In this document: one piece after another, positions 11,375 to 19,954 of the stretch | How positions within the stretch are numbered: position 1 is the first letter of the stretch | Layout of the letters: the number at the start of each line of letters is the position of its first letter | Source: Betaproteobacteria bacterium | GTDB taxonomy: Bacteria > Pseudomonadota > Gammaproteobacteria > Burkholderiales > Rhodocyclaceae | Direction: 5' to 3' | Length of the DNA: 64,000 nucleotides | Assembly (NCBI GenBank): GCA_031403915.1 | Contig: JANNGP010000175.1 | Location: 7,759 to 71,758 of the forward strand | Notes under the pieces: model-generated | Databases searched by the model: none | What the model saw: the letters and a program-made list of their open reading frames with translations, nothing else | What the model was told of the DNA's origin: nothing | Translations under genes and position numbers: made by a program

Positions 11375-11806
11375 ATGCGCCTCGTACTGGATACCAACAT
11401 CGTCATGGACATGCTGCATTTCGCTGACCGCCACACCCAACCTCTGCAAAAAGGCATAAGCAGCGGTGACATGCAGTGTTTCACGGATATGGCGTGCCTG
11501 GCCGAACTAAAGCGGGTGACCGGCTACCCGGAGTTCAAGATGGACGATCTGCGCCGCAAGTCGCTTATGGGGGACTACCTGGGCTTCGTTACGGTATTTG
11601 ACGCGGCAGGCGCGGAGAATTTCATTTTGCCGCGCTGCCGCGACGAGGACGACCAGAAGTTCCTGATCCTTGCCGCCCGCTGCCAGGCCGACCTGCTGAT
11701 CACCCGGGACAAGCTGCTGCTCAAGCTCGCCCGCCACCGGCACAAACCGCCGCCCTGCCCCATCGTGACCGCTGAGGCGGCGTGCAAACTACTTAACCTG
11801 GTTTAA
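11375..11806 (+). CDS. PIN-domain protein (TIGR00305-like)
   Basis: [12 protein letters not shown] start, [10 protein letters not shown] and LITRDKLLL motifs; start moved to ATG 11375. Confidence 0.85.
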   Translation: MRLVLDTNIVMDMLHFADRHTQPLQKGISSGDMQCFTDMACLAELKRVTGYPEFKMDDLRRKSLMGDYLGFVTVFDAAGAENFILPRCRDEDDQKFLILAARCQADLLITRDKLLLKLARHRHKPPPCPIVTAEAACKLLNLV

Positions 11807-12595
11807 CGCGCGGCGAAAAACCCAGTTTGTTGCATCCGAGGCCGGTGCATCAAAGGCATAGCCTTCTGACGTGAATTTCTTTAACTCATCTGCTTTCTTG
11901 ATCCGCTTATCCAGCGCAAAGCGCGCCATCAAGCCACGCGCACGCTTGGCGTAAAAGCTGACGACTTTGTATTGACCCGTGCTTTTATCACTGCCTTTTC
12001 CAGCACTCCAGTCCTCGAATACCGGCTGGATGACAGGCACAGAGAGCTGCTTCACCTTGATCGACTTGAAGTACTCCTGTGATGCCAGATTGATCAGTGC
12101 CGTGGATTTGCTCTCAGCCAAAGCCTCATTGAGTGCGTCAACAATGCGCTCACCCCAGAAGGCATACAGATCCTTGCCGCGTGAATTGTCCAGCCGCGTT
12201 CCCATCTCCAGACGATAGGCTTGCATCAGATCCAGCGGACGCAGCACACCGTAAAGCCCGGACAAAATACGCAAATGCGCTTGCGCAAATTTCAAGCCGG
12301 CCGGAGACAGGGTCGCGGCATCCAGCCCCTCATACACATCGCCGTTGAAGGCCAGCAGCGCCGGTCTGGCGTTTTCCGGCGTAAAGGGCTGCACCCAATC
12401 GGCATAGCGCGCCACATTCAGCACGGCCAGTTGATCGCTGACCCCCATCAACTTTCCCAGTTCAAGCGGGGAAAAAACGCGCAGTCGCTTGATCAGCAAC
12501 TCAGCCTGATTGAGGAACACAGGCTGCGTGTACTCATCAACCGTGAGCGGTGTCTCAAAATCCAGCGTTTTGGCAGGTGATAGAACAATGATCAT
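11789..12595 (-). CDS. yaaA: Peroxide stress protein YaaA (DUF328)
   Basis: [45 protein letters not shown] and [13 protein letters not shown]. Confidence 0.93.
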   Translation of the reverse strand: MIIVLSPAKTLDFETPLTVDEYTQPVFLNQAELLIKRLRVFSPLELGKLMGVSDQLAVLNVARYADWVQPFTPENARPALLAFNGDVYEGLDAATLSPAGLKFAQAHLRILSGLYGVLRPLDLMQAYRLEMGTRLDNSRGKDLYAFWGERIVDALNEALAESKSTALINLASQEYFKSIKVKQLSVPVIQPVFEDWSAGKGSDKSTGQYKVVSFYAKRARGLMARFALDKRIKKADELKKFTSEGYAFDAPASDATNWVFRRALNQVK

Positions 12596-12633
12596 GGCTC
12601 ACATCCAGATGCGGGGAGTCCCGGCACAATTAT

Positions 12634-12669
12634 CCTAGAAAAAGCAGTTGAACCACGAAGAACACGGAG
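12634..12669. repeat. Unpaired left arm of the 9-bp-unit inverted-repeat family
   Basis: CCTAGAAAAAGCAGTTGAACCACGAAGAACACGGAG; near-perfect reverse complement of 14259-14289. Confidence 0.7.
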
Positions 12670-12704
12670 CTCACTCTGGGCGATTGCACTTGAAACCATA
12701 AAAC

Positions 12705-12843
12705 CCACCACAGAGACACAGAGGCACAGAGGGGTCACAGAGAAGTACAAATAAAACCTGGAAATTCGTTTCAGTGTGGCTTTTCTCTGGCAATTCGTTT
12801 GGTTTTCTCTGCGTTGCTCTGTGTCTCTGTGCCTCTGTGGTGG
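12705..12843. repeat. Inverted-repeat element with tandem 9-bp units (ACACAGAGG/ACACAGAGA variant)
   Basis: Left arm CCACCACAGAGACACAGAGGCACAGAG...AGAGAA (12705-12744); right arm TTCTCT...CTCTGTGTCTCTGTGCCTCTGTGGTGG (12805-12843); AT-rich 60-bp spacer. Confidence 0.8.
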
Positions 12844-12948
12844 ACTTTGAAGTTAAATGCGATTGCCCTGCGCGGTTTTCAAGCCGCCATTTATCCAGCG
12901 CTTCCCTTGGTACAATAGCGGATTGTTACACCCTGCAGGCTCCCCACC

Positions 12949-14124
12949 ATGAAACGCAACCGTCTTTCTTCGCGCAAACGCATCTCGGCTGACGCCACCG
13001 AACTGGGTCGTCTCGCTACCGGACTGGCGGAGTCGGGCGGCAAGCTGGAGGATGCGTTCTGGGAAAAACAACTCTCGGAACTCGTCGACAAACTGCTGCA
13101 TGATGGCGCCGAGGATGATCTGAACGCCTCACTGGATCGACTCTTTGACTCGCATGCCGCAGCGCATGATTGTCTGGCCGACATCATTGAATCCCGGGCT
13201 GAATCCTGCGTACTTTCGCATCAGGGGCAGGATTTCGACATTCTGCTTTTCAATGTGCCGATACTCGCCTGGTCGCGTTTCTCGATCCCGGCCGGAACGA
13301 TCCCCAAAAGCACATTGCAAACTCTCAAGGTTCATCTCGGTGCGCATGTCTTTTCGGCGGGCGCCCAACTGTCCCTGGCCGACTACCTGTACAGCCCGGA
13401 CCAACTGCCGCGCAGCTTTGTGGACACCTGGCAACTGATGCGCGATCTGGGTGGCGCGGCACTGAACAGCACCGCATTGAAACTTGATGTATCAAGCTTG
13501 CCGGAAACCAACCAGTTTCTGTCCGACACGCGTTATCTGATCGGCGCCATTGCCGTGCCACGCGGCATGCCCCTGTTCCGCTGGAATGAGTCGGATGCCT
13601 GCACACGCGAATCCGCGCATAAGGAGTGGGTCAAACAGGGCGGCCCGTGTCTTGAACCGCTGCTCACCGGATGTGCATTCCAGACGCTGCTTGCTGACGC
13701 GTACCATGCCGCCTGCCGCACCGCCGACATGGCCTCGCGCCCCTACTCCCTGCGCGCTTCGGTGGCCTTCCTGCAGACCACACTAGGCAAAACGGCCGAG
13801 GATTTGCGTGCGGTGATTGGCGGCTTTCATGACAAACGGCTGGAGGAATACCGGATTGGTTTCGGGCCGCGCGCTGATGACTCGATTTTTCATGGTGTCA
13901 TCTGGCCTTTACTCGGCATAGAGGATGAAACCACCGATGTCGCCGGGGAAATCGAAACCATCCTGCGCGAATCCGGCATCAAGGAAGTCGTGATTCACAA
14001 TCAGCAGTTTCCCTTCGAGTTCTGCGACGACTGCGGCGCGCCGCTTTATCCCAACGTCGAAGGCGACGCCGTACACGCTGAATTACCGGAGCAAAACAAC
14101 GCCCCGTCGCAAACCCTACATTGA
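12949..14124 (+). CDS. DUF2863-family protein
   Basis: LATGLAESGGKLEDAFWE N-terminus and C-terminal EFCDDCGAPLYP...VHAELPE...LH, recalled as typical of this betaproteobacterial family. Confidence 0.75.
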   Translation: MKRNRLSSRKRISADATELGRLATGLAESGGKLEDAFWEKQLSELVDKLLHDGAEDDLNASLDRLFDSHAAAHDCLADIIESRAESCVLSHQGQDFDILLFNVPILAWSRFSIPAGTIPKSTLQTLKVHLGAHVFSAGAQLSLADYLYSPDQLPRSFVDTWQLMRDLGGAALNSTALKLDVSSLPETNQFLSDTRYLIGAIAVPRGMPLFRWNESDACTRESAHKEWVKQGGPCLEPLLTGCAFQTLLADAYHAACRTADMASRPYSLRASVAFLQTTLGKTAEDLRAVIGGFHDKRLEEYRIGFGPRADDSIFHGVIWPLLGIEDETTDVAGEIETILRESGIKEVVIHNQQFPFEFCDDCGAPLYPNVEGDAVHAELPEQNNAPSQTLH

Positions 14125-14133
14125 TTCTTTCAT

Positions 14134-14289
14134 CCTAAAAACCCCAGTTCAAACCACAAAGAGCACGAAGTACACGAAGAAAAACCCAAAAGTTTATTGA
14201 TCACAATCCTCACCTGTTGGGTGAGTTGTCCGCTGTGGCATTGATTTATTTTCCCTTGGTGCTCTTCGTGGTTAATTGCTTTTTCTAGG
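14134..14289. repeat. Inverted-repeat element with tandem 9-bp units (ACCACGAAG family)
   Basis: Left arm AACCACAAAGAGCACGAAGTACACGAAGAAAA (14152-14183); right arm TTTTCCCTTGGTGCTCTTCGTGGTTAATTGCTTTTTCTAGG (14249-14289). Confidence 0.8.
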
Positions 14290-14295
14290 TTCATT

Positions 14296-15633
14296 ATGAG
14301 CAACACTGATCTGCTGCAACGCAGCCTCAACGCCGTCTGGCACCCGTGTACGCAAATGAAGCAGCATGCTGTTCACGATCTGCCGCTGCATTTGCCACTT
14401 ATCCCGATTGCACGCGGCCAGGGTGCCTGGCTCTATGACTTCGACGGCAAACGCTACCTCGACGGCATCAGTTCGTGGTGGGTCAATCTCTTCGGTCACG
14501 CCAACCCGCGCATCAACGCGGCGCTGCGCGCGCAGCTCGACGAACTCGAACACGTCATCCTCGCCGGCTTCACGCACCGCCCTGTCGTCGAACTCTCGGA
14601 GCGCCTCTCAGCGCTCACCGGCGGAAAACTTGGTCACTGCTTCTACGCTTCGGATGGTGCCTCGGCCACCGAGATCGCGCTGAAGATGTCGTTCCACTAT
14701 TGGCGCAATCGTAGCCGCGAAGCGAAGCAGAATTTCCTGTGTCTTGAGGGCAGCTACCACGGCGAAACCGTTGGTGCGCTGGCTGTCACCGATGTGGCCC
14801 TCTTCAAGGACGCCTACGCGCCACTGGTGCGCAGCGCCGCCACCGTGCCGACACCTGATGCACGCAATGCGCGCGATGGCGAAACACCCGTCGACGTGGC
14901 TCGTCGCGCTGCCGCCGCACTTGAGCAGCATCTGGATCAACATCATCAAAGCATCGCCGCATTGATCGTCGAGCCGCTCATCCAGTGCGCCAGCGGCATG
15001 GCCATGTACGACCCGGAATACCTGCGCCTGGCCCGTGCGTTGTGCGACCGCTACGAGGTGCATCTGATCTGCGACGAAATCGCCGTCGGCTGCGGCCGAA
15101 CCGGCACCTTCTTCGCGCATGAGCAAGCAGACATTCGCCCCGACTTTCTCTGCCTGTCGAAGGGCATCTCCGGCGGTTACCTGCCGCTCTCGGTTGTGCT
15201 GACCACAGACACGGTCTACAGCGCCTTCTTCGACGATGCCACTGCGCGCGGCTTCCTGCATTCGCATTCCTACACCGGCAATGCGCTGGCCTGCCGCGCG
15301 GCGCTCGCCACGCTAGCCATTTTTGCCGAAGACAGCGTGCTTGAACAAAACCTCGCCCGTTCGCAAAAACTCGCCGGAGCGTTCGCGTCGCTCGCCGATC
15401 ATCCGCAGGTCAAACACCTGCGCCAGCGCGGGATGATTCTGGCTTTCGATGTCGACACTGACGATGCCTGCTTCTCGCGCAAGTTCTACCGCGCCGCGCT
15501 CGACCGCGAAGCGCTGGTGCGGCCGATCGGCAACACGGTGTATGTGATGCCGCCCTACATCGTCAGCGACGACGAAATCGCCCACCTCGGCAATGCCGTT
15601 GCCGGCGCCCTGGATGAATCACTACAAACATAA
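14296..15633 (+). CDS. bioA: Adenosylmethionine-8-amino-7-oxononanoate aminotransferase
   Basis: VWHPCTQMK, DGISSWWVNLFGH, SYHGETVGA, ICDEIAVG and CLSKGISGGYLP. Confidence 0.96.
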   Translation: MSNTDLLQRSLNAVWHPCTQMKQHAVHDLPLHLPLIPIARGQGAWLYDFDGKRYLDGISSWWVNLFGHANPRINAALRAQLDELEHVILAGFTHRPVVELSERLSALTGGKLGHCFYASDGASATEIALKMSFHYWRNRSREAKQNFLCLEGSYHGETVGALAVTDVALFKDAYAPLVRSAATVPTPDARNARDGETPVDVARRAAAALEQHLDQHHQSIAALIVEPLIQCASGMAMYDPEYLRLARALCDRYEVHLICDEIAVGCGRTGTFFAHEQADIRPDFLCLSKGISGGYLPLSVVLTTDTVYSAFFDDATARGFLHSHSYTGNALACRAALATLAIFAEDSVLEQNLARSQKLAGAFASLADHPQVKHLRQRGMILAFDVDTDDACFSRKFYRAALDREALVRPIGNTVYVMPPYIVSDDEIAHLGNAVAGALDESLQT

Positions 15634-15661
15634 ACACACGCCTTGATACCCAACATTGCCC

Positions 15662-15697
15662 TTGCGCAAAAGGCTATTTTGTATTACCGTTAATACA
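15662..15697 (+). promoter_or_regulatory. Promoter and palindromic operator of the TA pair
   Basis: TTGCGC-17 nt-TACCGT sigma70-like boxes; palindrome TGTATTA-CCGT-TAATACA (15680-15697) overlaps the -10 box. Confidence 0.6.
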
Positions 15698-15720
15698 CCG
15701 CTCACCACCAAGGACTCACC

Positions 15721-15984
15721 ATGACTACGACCGTTCGCCTCCCGCATCGCCTTGAACAATCATTGGCGCAGTATTGTACCGAGGCACGGCGCAGCAAATC
15801 CGAGGTCATTATCGAATTGCTTGAACAGCGTTTTACCCCGGAACCCACGGAAAAATCGCCCTATGAAATCGCCTTCGAGGCGGGATTCATCGGCTCTTTC
15901 GCATCTGAAAACGCATCCAGCGCGCCGATAAAAGAACGCGTCAAAGCCGCCATCCGCCTGAAACACGGGCGTAGTGCCGCATGA
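15721..15984 (+). CDS. Ribbon-helix-helix (CopG-like) antitoxin
   Basis: MTTTVRLPHRLEQSL...RRSKSEVIIELL RHH pattern; ATGA overlap with the PIN gene. Confidence 0.8.
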   Translation: MTTTVRLPHRLEQSLAQYCTEARRSKSEVIIELLEQRFTPEPTEKSPYEIAFEAGFIGSFASENASSAPIKERVKAAIRLKHGRSAA

Positions 15985-16385
15985 CCGTTCTCCTGGTCGA
16001 CACCGGCCCTCTTGTCGCCCTGGCCGACCAAAGAGACAAGGCTCACATACGTTGCACGAAGTTCCTCAAGGACTATCGAGGCCGTTTGCTCACCACTTGG
16101 GCGGTACTTACCGAATTTTCCCACCTCGCACCCTCTGTTGCGTCGACACTGCCGCTCTGCCGCTGGATTGAGCGTGGCGGACTGGACCTTATGCCTCTCG
16201 GCAAGGAAGAACTGATTACCGCCATTGACTGGATCAACCGCTATGCCGATCGACCGATGGATCTTGCGGATGCTTCGCTTGTCGTTGCCGCACTAAAAAC
16301 CGGTAGCGTTTCGATCTGGACACTCGATCGCAACGATTTCGAAACGTATCGTCTGCCGGGGCGGAAGCGCTTCCAGCTGGTTTGA
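15981..16385 (+). CDS. vapC: PIN-domain toxin (VapC-like)
   Basis: LLVDTGPLVAL, VLTE, MDLADASLV and IWTLDRNDF acidic PIN motifs. Confidence 0.85.
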   Translation: MTVLLVDTGPLVALADQRDKAHIRCTKFLKDYRGRLLTTWAVLTEFSHLAPSVASTLPLCRWIERGGLDLMPLGKEELITAIDWINRYADRPMDLADASLVVAALKTGSVSIWTLDRNDFETYRLPGRKRFQLV

Positions 16386-16390
16386 CTTTC

Positions 16391-17557
16391 ATGCCCGAAC
16401 CCAAACTACTTTCCGACCTTGCTGCCGAACTCGCGCAGCTTGACGATGCTGGCCTCAAGCGCCGCCGCTGCACGCTGCACACACCTTGCGGCCCGCTGGC
16501 GCAGGTCAATGGCCGTGAACTGATCAGCTTTTGCAGCAACGATTATCTGGGCCTGGCCAACGATACGGCACTGATCGCGGCGGCACGCGCCGGCGCGGCA
16601 CAGTGGGGCGTCGGCTGCGGCGCCTCGCACCTTGTGAGCGGCCACCTCGAACCACACGAAGCACTTGAGCAACGGCTCGCCGCCTTTACCGGTTTCCCTC
16701 GTGCACTGTTGTTCACCACCGGCTACATGGCCAATCTCGGCATCGTCCCGGCGCTGGTCGGGCGCGGCGATGCCATCTTCGCCGACAAACTCAATCACGC
16801 CTCACTGATCGATGCCGTGCAACTCTCGCGCGCCGAGAGCCATCGCTACCCGCACGGCGATCTCGCCGCGCTGGAAAAACTGCTCGCCGCTAGCAGCGCA
16901 AAGCGCAAGCTGATTCTCACCGACTGTGTGTTCAGCATGGACGGCGACCTCGCACCGCTGCCCGGCCTGCTCGAACTCGCCGAGCGCTACGACGCCTGGC
17001 TGGTGGTCGATGATGCGCACGGTTTCGGTGTTTTGGGCAAGCAAGGGCGAGGCAGCCTCGCGCACTTCGGCATCAAAGCTCACCCACGCATCGTCTACAT
17101 GGGCACGCTGGGCAAGGCAGCCGGCGGCGCGGGGGCATTCGTCGCCGGCGCGGAGACCGTGATCGAATGGCTGGTGCAGCGCGCCCGCACTTACATCTTT
17201 ACCACCGGTTCCAGCCCGGTCATCGCCTGTGCGCTGCTGGCCGCACTTGATTTGATCGAAGCTGGCGACGCCCGTCGCAGCCACCTCATCCAACTCGCCG
17301 CGCAGTTGCGCGCCGGCCTGGCCGGCACGCGCTGGCAACTGATGCCCTCGCCGACCGCCATTCAGCCGGTACTGATCGGCGACAACCACGAAGCACTGCG
17401 CGTGGCCAATGCGCTGTTCGAACGCGGACTGTGGGTACCGGCCATCCGCCCGCCAACCGTACCCAAGGGCACAGCGCGACTACGCATCTCGCTCTCGGCG
17501 GCACACAGCACAGCACAGGTTGAGCAACTAATCAGCGCGCTGCGGGATCTGGCATGA
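16391..17557 (+). CDS. bioF: 8-amino-7-oxononanoate synthase
   Basis: FCSNDYLGLA, DKLNHASLID, VFSMDGD, DDAHGFG and TLGKAAG. Confidence 0.96.
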   Translation: MPEPKLLSDLAAELAQLDDAGLKRRRCTLHTPCGPLAQVNGRELISFCSNDYLGLANDTALIAAARAGAAQWGVGCGASHLVSGHLEPHEALEQRLAAFTGFPRALLFTTGYMANLGIVPALVGRGDAIFADKLNHASLIDAVQLSRAESHRYPHGDLAALEKLLAASSAKRKLILTDCVFSMDGDLAPLPGLLELAERYDAWLVVDDAHGFGVLGKQGRGSLAHFGIKAHPRIVYMGTLGKAAGGAGAFVAGAETVIEWLVQRARTYIFTTGSSPVIACALLAALDLIEAGDARRSHLIQLAAQLRAGLAGTRWQLMPSPTAIQPVLIGDNHEALRVANALFERGLWVPAIRPPTVPKGTARLRISLSAAHSTAQVEQLISALRDLA

Positions 17558-18369
17558 GCGGGCTGCGCGTCACCGCCTTCGGCAAGGGGCGCGACCTCGC
17601 GCTGATTCACGGCTGGGGCTTCGGCAGCGCCGCATGGGAGGGCGTCGGCGACGCACTTGCGCAGCGCTTCCGCGTCCATCTCATTTCACTTCCAGGATAC
17701 AACCGGCCTGCAACACCCGTGGATTGGCGTTCTTCAGACAAACAAGCCGAAGAGGCGCATGAATACTTCCTTTCAGAGCAGGCCTCTTTCGAAGCCACAG
17801 CACAAGCGCTTGCTGCGGCACTGCCAACCGGTTGCGCCCTCTGTGGCTGGTCGCTCGGCGCGCAGCTCGCCATGCAAGCCACCTTGTGTTCGCCCGAACA
17901 TTGCTCACGCCTTATTCTCGTCGGCGCGACGCCGCGTTTCGTGCAGGCCGAGGGCTGGCTGCATGCCCAACCACCCGCACTGCTCGACACCTTTTGCACC
18001 AATGTTGCACAGGATACTGCTGTCACACTGCAACGTTTTGCCGCCCTGCTCAATCAAGGCGATTTCCGTGCCCGCGCCAACACCCGCTGGCTCAACGAAC
18101 GCAGCACAACCATAGACGCCTTGACCTTGATGCACGGGCTGCACTGGCTACGCAACGTCGACCTGCGCGAACAAGTGGCAAACATCGCGCTGCCAACACG
18201 GCTGATACACGGCGACCACGACCCGCTGATGCCGCTCGCGGCGGCCCAATGGCTGAACGACACACTGCCCGACTCAACACTCGAAGTATTCGCAGGCGCG
18301 GCGCACGCGCCTTTCCTCAACGACCCCGAACGTTTTGTCTCGCTGCTCACCCATGCTGCCCTCAATTAA
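17554..18369 (+). CDS. bioH: Pimeloyl-ACP methyl ester esterase
   Basis: IHGWG, GWSLG nucleophile motif, HGDHDPL and AHAPF; position within the bio operon. Confidence 0.88.
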   Translation: MSGLRVTAFGKGRDLALIHGWGFGSAAWEGVGDALAQRFRVHLISLPGYNRPATPVDWRSSDKQAEEAHEYFLSEQASFEATAQALAAALPTGCALCGWSLGAQLAMQATLCSPEHCSRLILVGATPRFVQAEGWLHAQPPALLDTFCTNVAQDTAVTLQRFAALLNQGDFRARANTRWLNERSTTIDALTLMHGLHWLRNVDLREQVANIALPTRLIHGDHDPLMPLAAAQWLNDTLPDSTLEVFAGAAHAPFLNDPERFVSLLTHAALN

Positions 18370-19123
18370 AGAACGCGTTCGCGAATCGTTTGACCGTGCC
18401 GCCGCAACCTACGACGGCGCCGCCGTCGTCCAGCGCCGCGTTTGTGATCGCCTGCTTGAAGCTTTCGACCCAATCTGGAGCGCCCCCACGCGCATACTCG
18501 ATGCCGGCTGTGGCACCGGCTACGGCGCGCGCCGGTTGCGCACGCGCTGGCCGCAGGCGCATATCACCGGCGTGGACTTTGCACCGTCGATGCTCGCCAT
18601 TGCCGGCCCGGCCACCGACGCGTGTTTCACCGCCGACATCGAAGCCTTGCCGTTCGAGCAACAAAGTTTTGATCTCTGGTGGTCCAGCCTCTCGATTCAG
18701 TGGTGCGACAATGACCGGGTATTTCCCGAAGCGGCGCGCGTGTTGCGCAAGGGTGGGCAACTTGCCGTCAGCACGCTCGGCCCCGCCACCTTTCAGGAAC
18801 TGCGTGACGCTTTTTCCGGCGTCGACCAGCACCGCCACACCTATCCCTTCAGCGAGCCGGATGCCATTCGTGACAGCATCGCTGCTGCCGGCTTCCGCGA
18901 CATCACCCTGCTGCGCGAAAAGCACACGGTGCACTACCCCGAGCTCAAATCGCTGCTACGTGCGGTCAAGGATATCGGCGCGCATAATGTCGGCGAAGGC
19001 GCGCGCAGCGGCATGATGGGGCGCACCGCCTGGGGGAAAGTTCAGGCCGCCTACGAGAAGCACCGGCAGCCGGAGGGCCTGCCAGCCAGCTACGATGTGA
19101 TTCTCTGCTATGCGAAGAAATAA
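18353..19123 (+). CDS. bioC: Malonyl-ACP O-methyltransferase
   Basis: SFDRAAATYDGAAVVQR, LDAGCGTG, SSLSIQWC and LPASYDVI. Confidence 0.93.
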   Translation: MLPSIKERVRESFDRAAATYDGAAVVQRRVCDRLLEAFDPIWSAPTRILDAGCGTGYGARRLRTRWPQAHITGVDFAPSMLAIAGPATDACFTADIEALPFEQQSFDLWWSSLSIQWCDNDRVFPEAARVLRKGGQLAVSTLGPATFQELRDAFSGVDQHRHTYPFSEPDAIRDSIAAAGFRDITLLREKHTVHYPELKSLLRAVKDIGAHNVGEGARSGMMGRTAWGKVQAAYEKHRQPEGLPASYDVILCYAKK

Positions 19124-19124
19124 G

Positions 19125-19260
19125 CTCAGAAACCCAATTAACCACGAAGCTCACGAAGGACACGAAAAAAAGCAATAACATTGAACACTTTCTGAAATTT
19201 CCTGTTTCTCTTTGTGCTCTTCGTGTTCTTCGTGTTCTTCGTGGTTATCTGCCTTTTCAA
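19125..19260. repeat. Inverted-repeat element with tandem 9-bp units (ACCACGAAG family)
   Basis: Left arm AATTAACCACGAAGCTCACGAAGGACACGAA; right arm CTTTGTGCTCTTCGTGTTCTTCGTGTTCTTCGTGGTTATCTGCCTTTTC; fills the bioC-bioD gap. Confidence 0.85.
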
Positions 19261-19263
19261 ACT

Positions 19264-19932
19264 ATGAACTCATCTAACAAATCCGCCTGGTTCATCACCG
19301 GTACCGACACTGAAGTCGGCAAGACTTTCGTCACCTGCGCCCTGCTGCACGCCTTGCGCAACCAGGGTGTCAAGGCCATCGGCATGAAGCCGGTCTCGGC
19401 CGGCACCGATGCCGACGGCAAGAATGAGGATGTCGAACAGCTGATTGCCGCCGCTGGCGTCAAGGCACCGCGCGAACTGATCAACCCCTACCTGTTTGCG
19501 CCGGCCATTGCACCGCACATCAGCGCCGCAGCAGAAGGTCGCAGCATCGATATCGCGCACATCGTCACGGCTTTTGAATCGCTGCGCACAATGGCGGATG
19601 CGGTCCTCATCGAAGGCGTCGGAGGTTTCTGCGTACCGCTCGGGCCCAATACCGACACCGCGGATATGGCCGAAGCACTGGGGCTGCCGGTGATTCTCAT
19701 TGTCGGCATGCGTCTCGGCTGCATCAACCACGCGCTGCTCACACAGCAGGCCATCGCCGCCCGTGGCCTGACGCTCGCCGGCTGGATCGCCAACCGTATT
19801 GATCCGGATATGGCCTGCCTCGAGGAAAACCTAGCGACACTCAAAGCGCGAATCAATGCACCGCTGCTCGGCGTCATTCCGCCCAACAGCGCGCCTGAAA
19901 CTGCAGCGGCTTTAATCAGGCTCCCTGACTAA
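19264..19932 (+). CDS. bioD: Dethiobiotin synthase
   Basis: FITGTDTEVGKT, MKPVSAG, IEGVGG and RLGCINHALLT. Confidence 0.96.
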   Translation: MNSSNKSAWFITGTDTEVGKTFVTCALLHALRNQGVKAIGMKPVSAGTDADGKNEDVEQLIAAAGVKAPRELINPYLFAPAIAPHISAAAEGRSIDIAHIVTAFESLRTMADAVLIEGVGGFCVPLGPNTDTADMAEALGLPVILIVGMRLGCINHALLTQQAIAARGLTLAGWIANRIDPDMACLEENLATLKARINAPLLGVIPPNSAPETAAALIRLPD

Positions 19933-19954
19933 AAGCCTGACCGCCACGAGCACC

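Noticed and set aside
11375-11806. Orphan PIN gene as an inserted toxin
   Set aside because: No antitoxin or insertion scar is visible, and from memory this PIN subtype is a conserved neighbour of yaaA in betaproteobacteria.
12634-19260. 9-bp tandem repeats as a CRISPR array
   Set aside because: The units are contiguous with no unique spacers, they form inverted pairs, and no cas genes are present.
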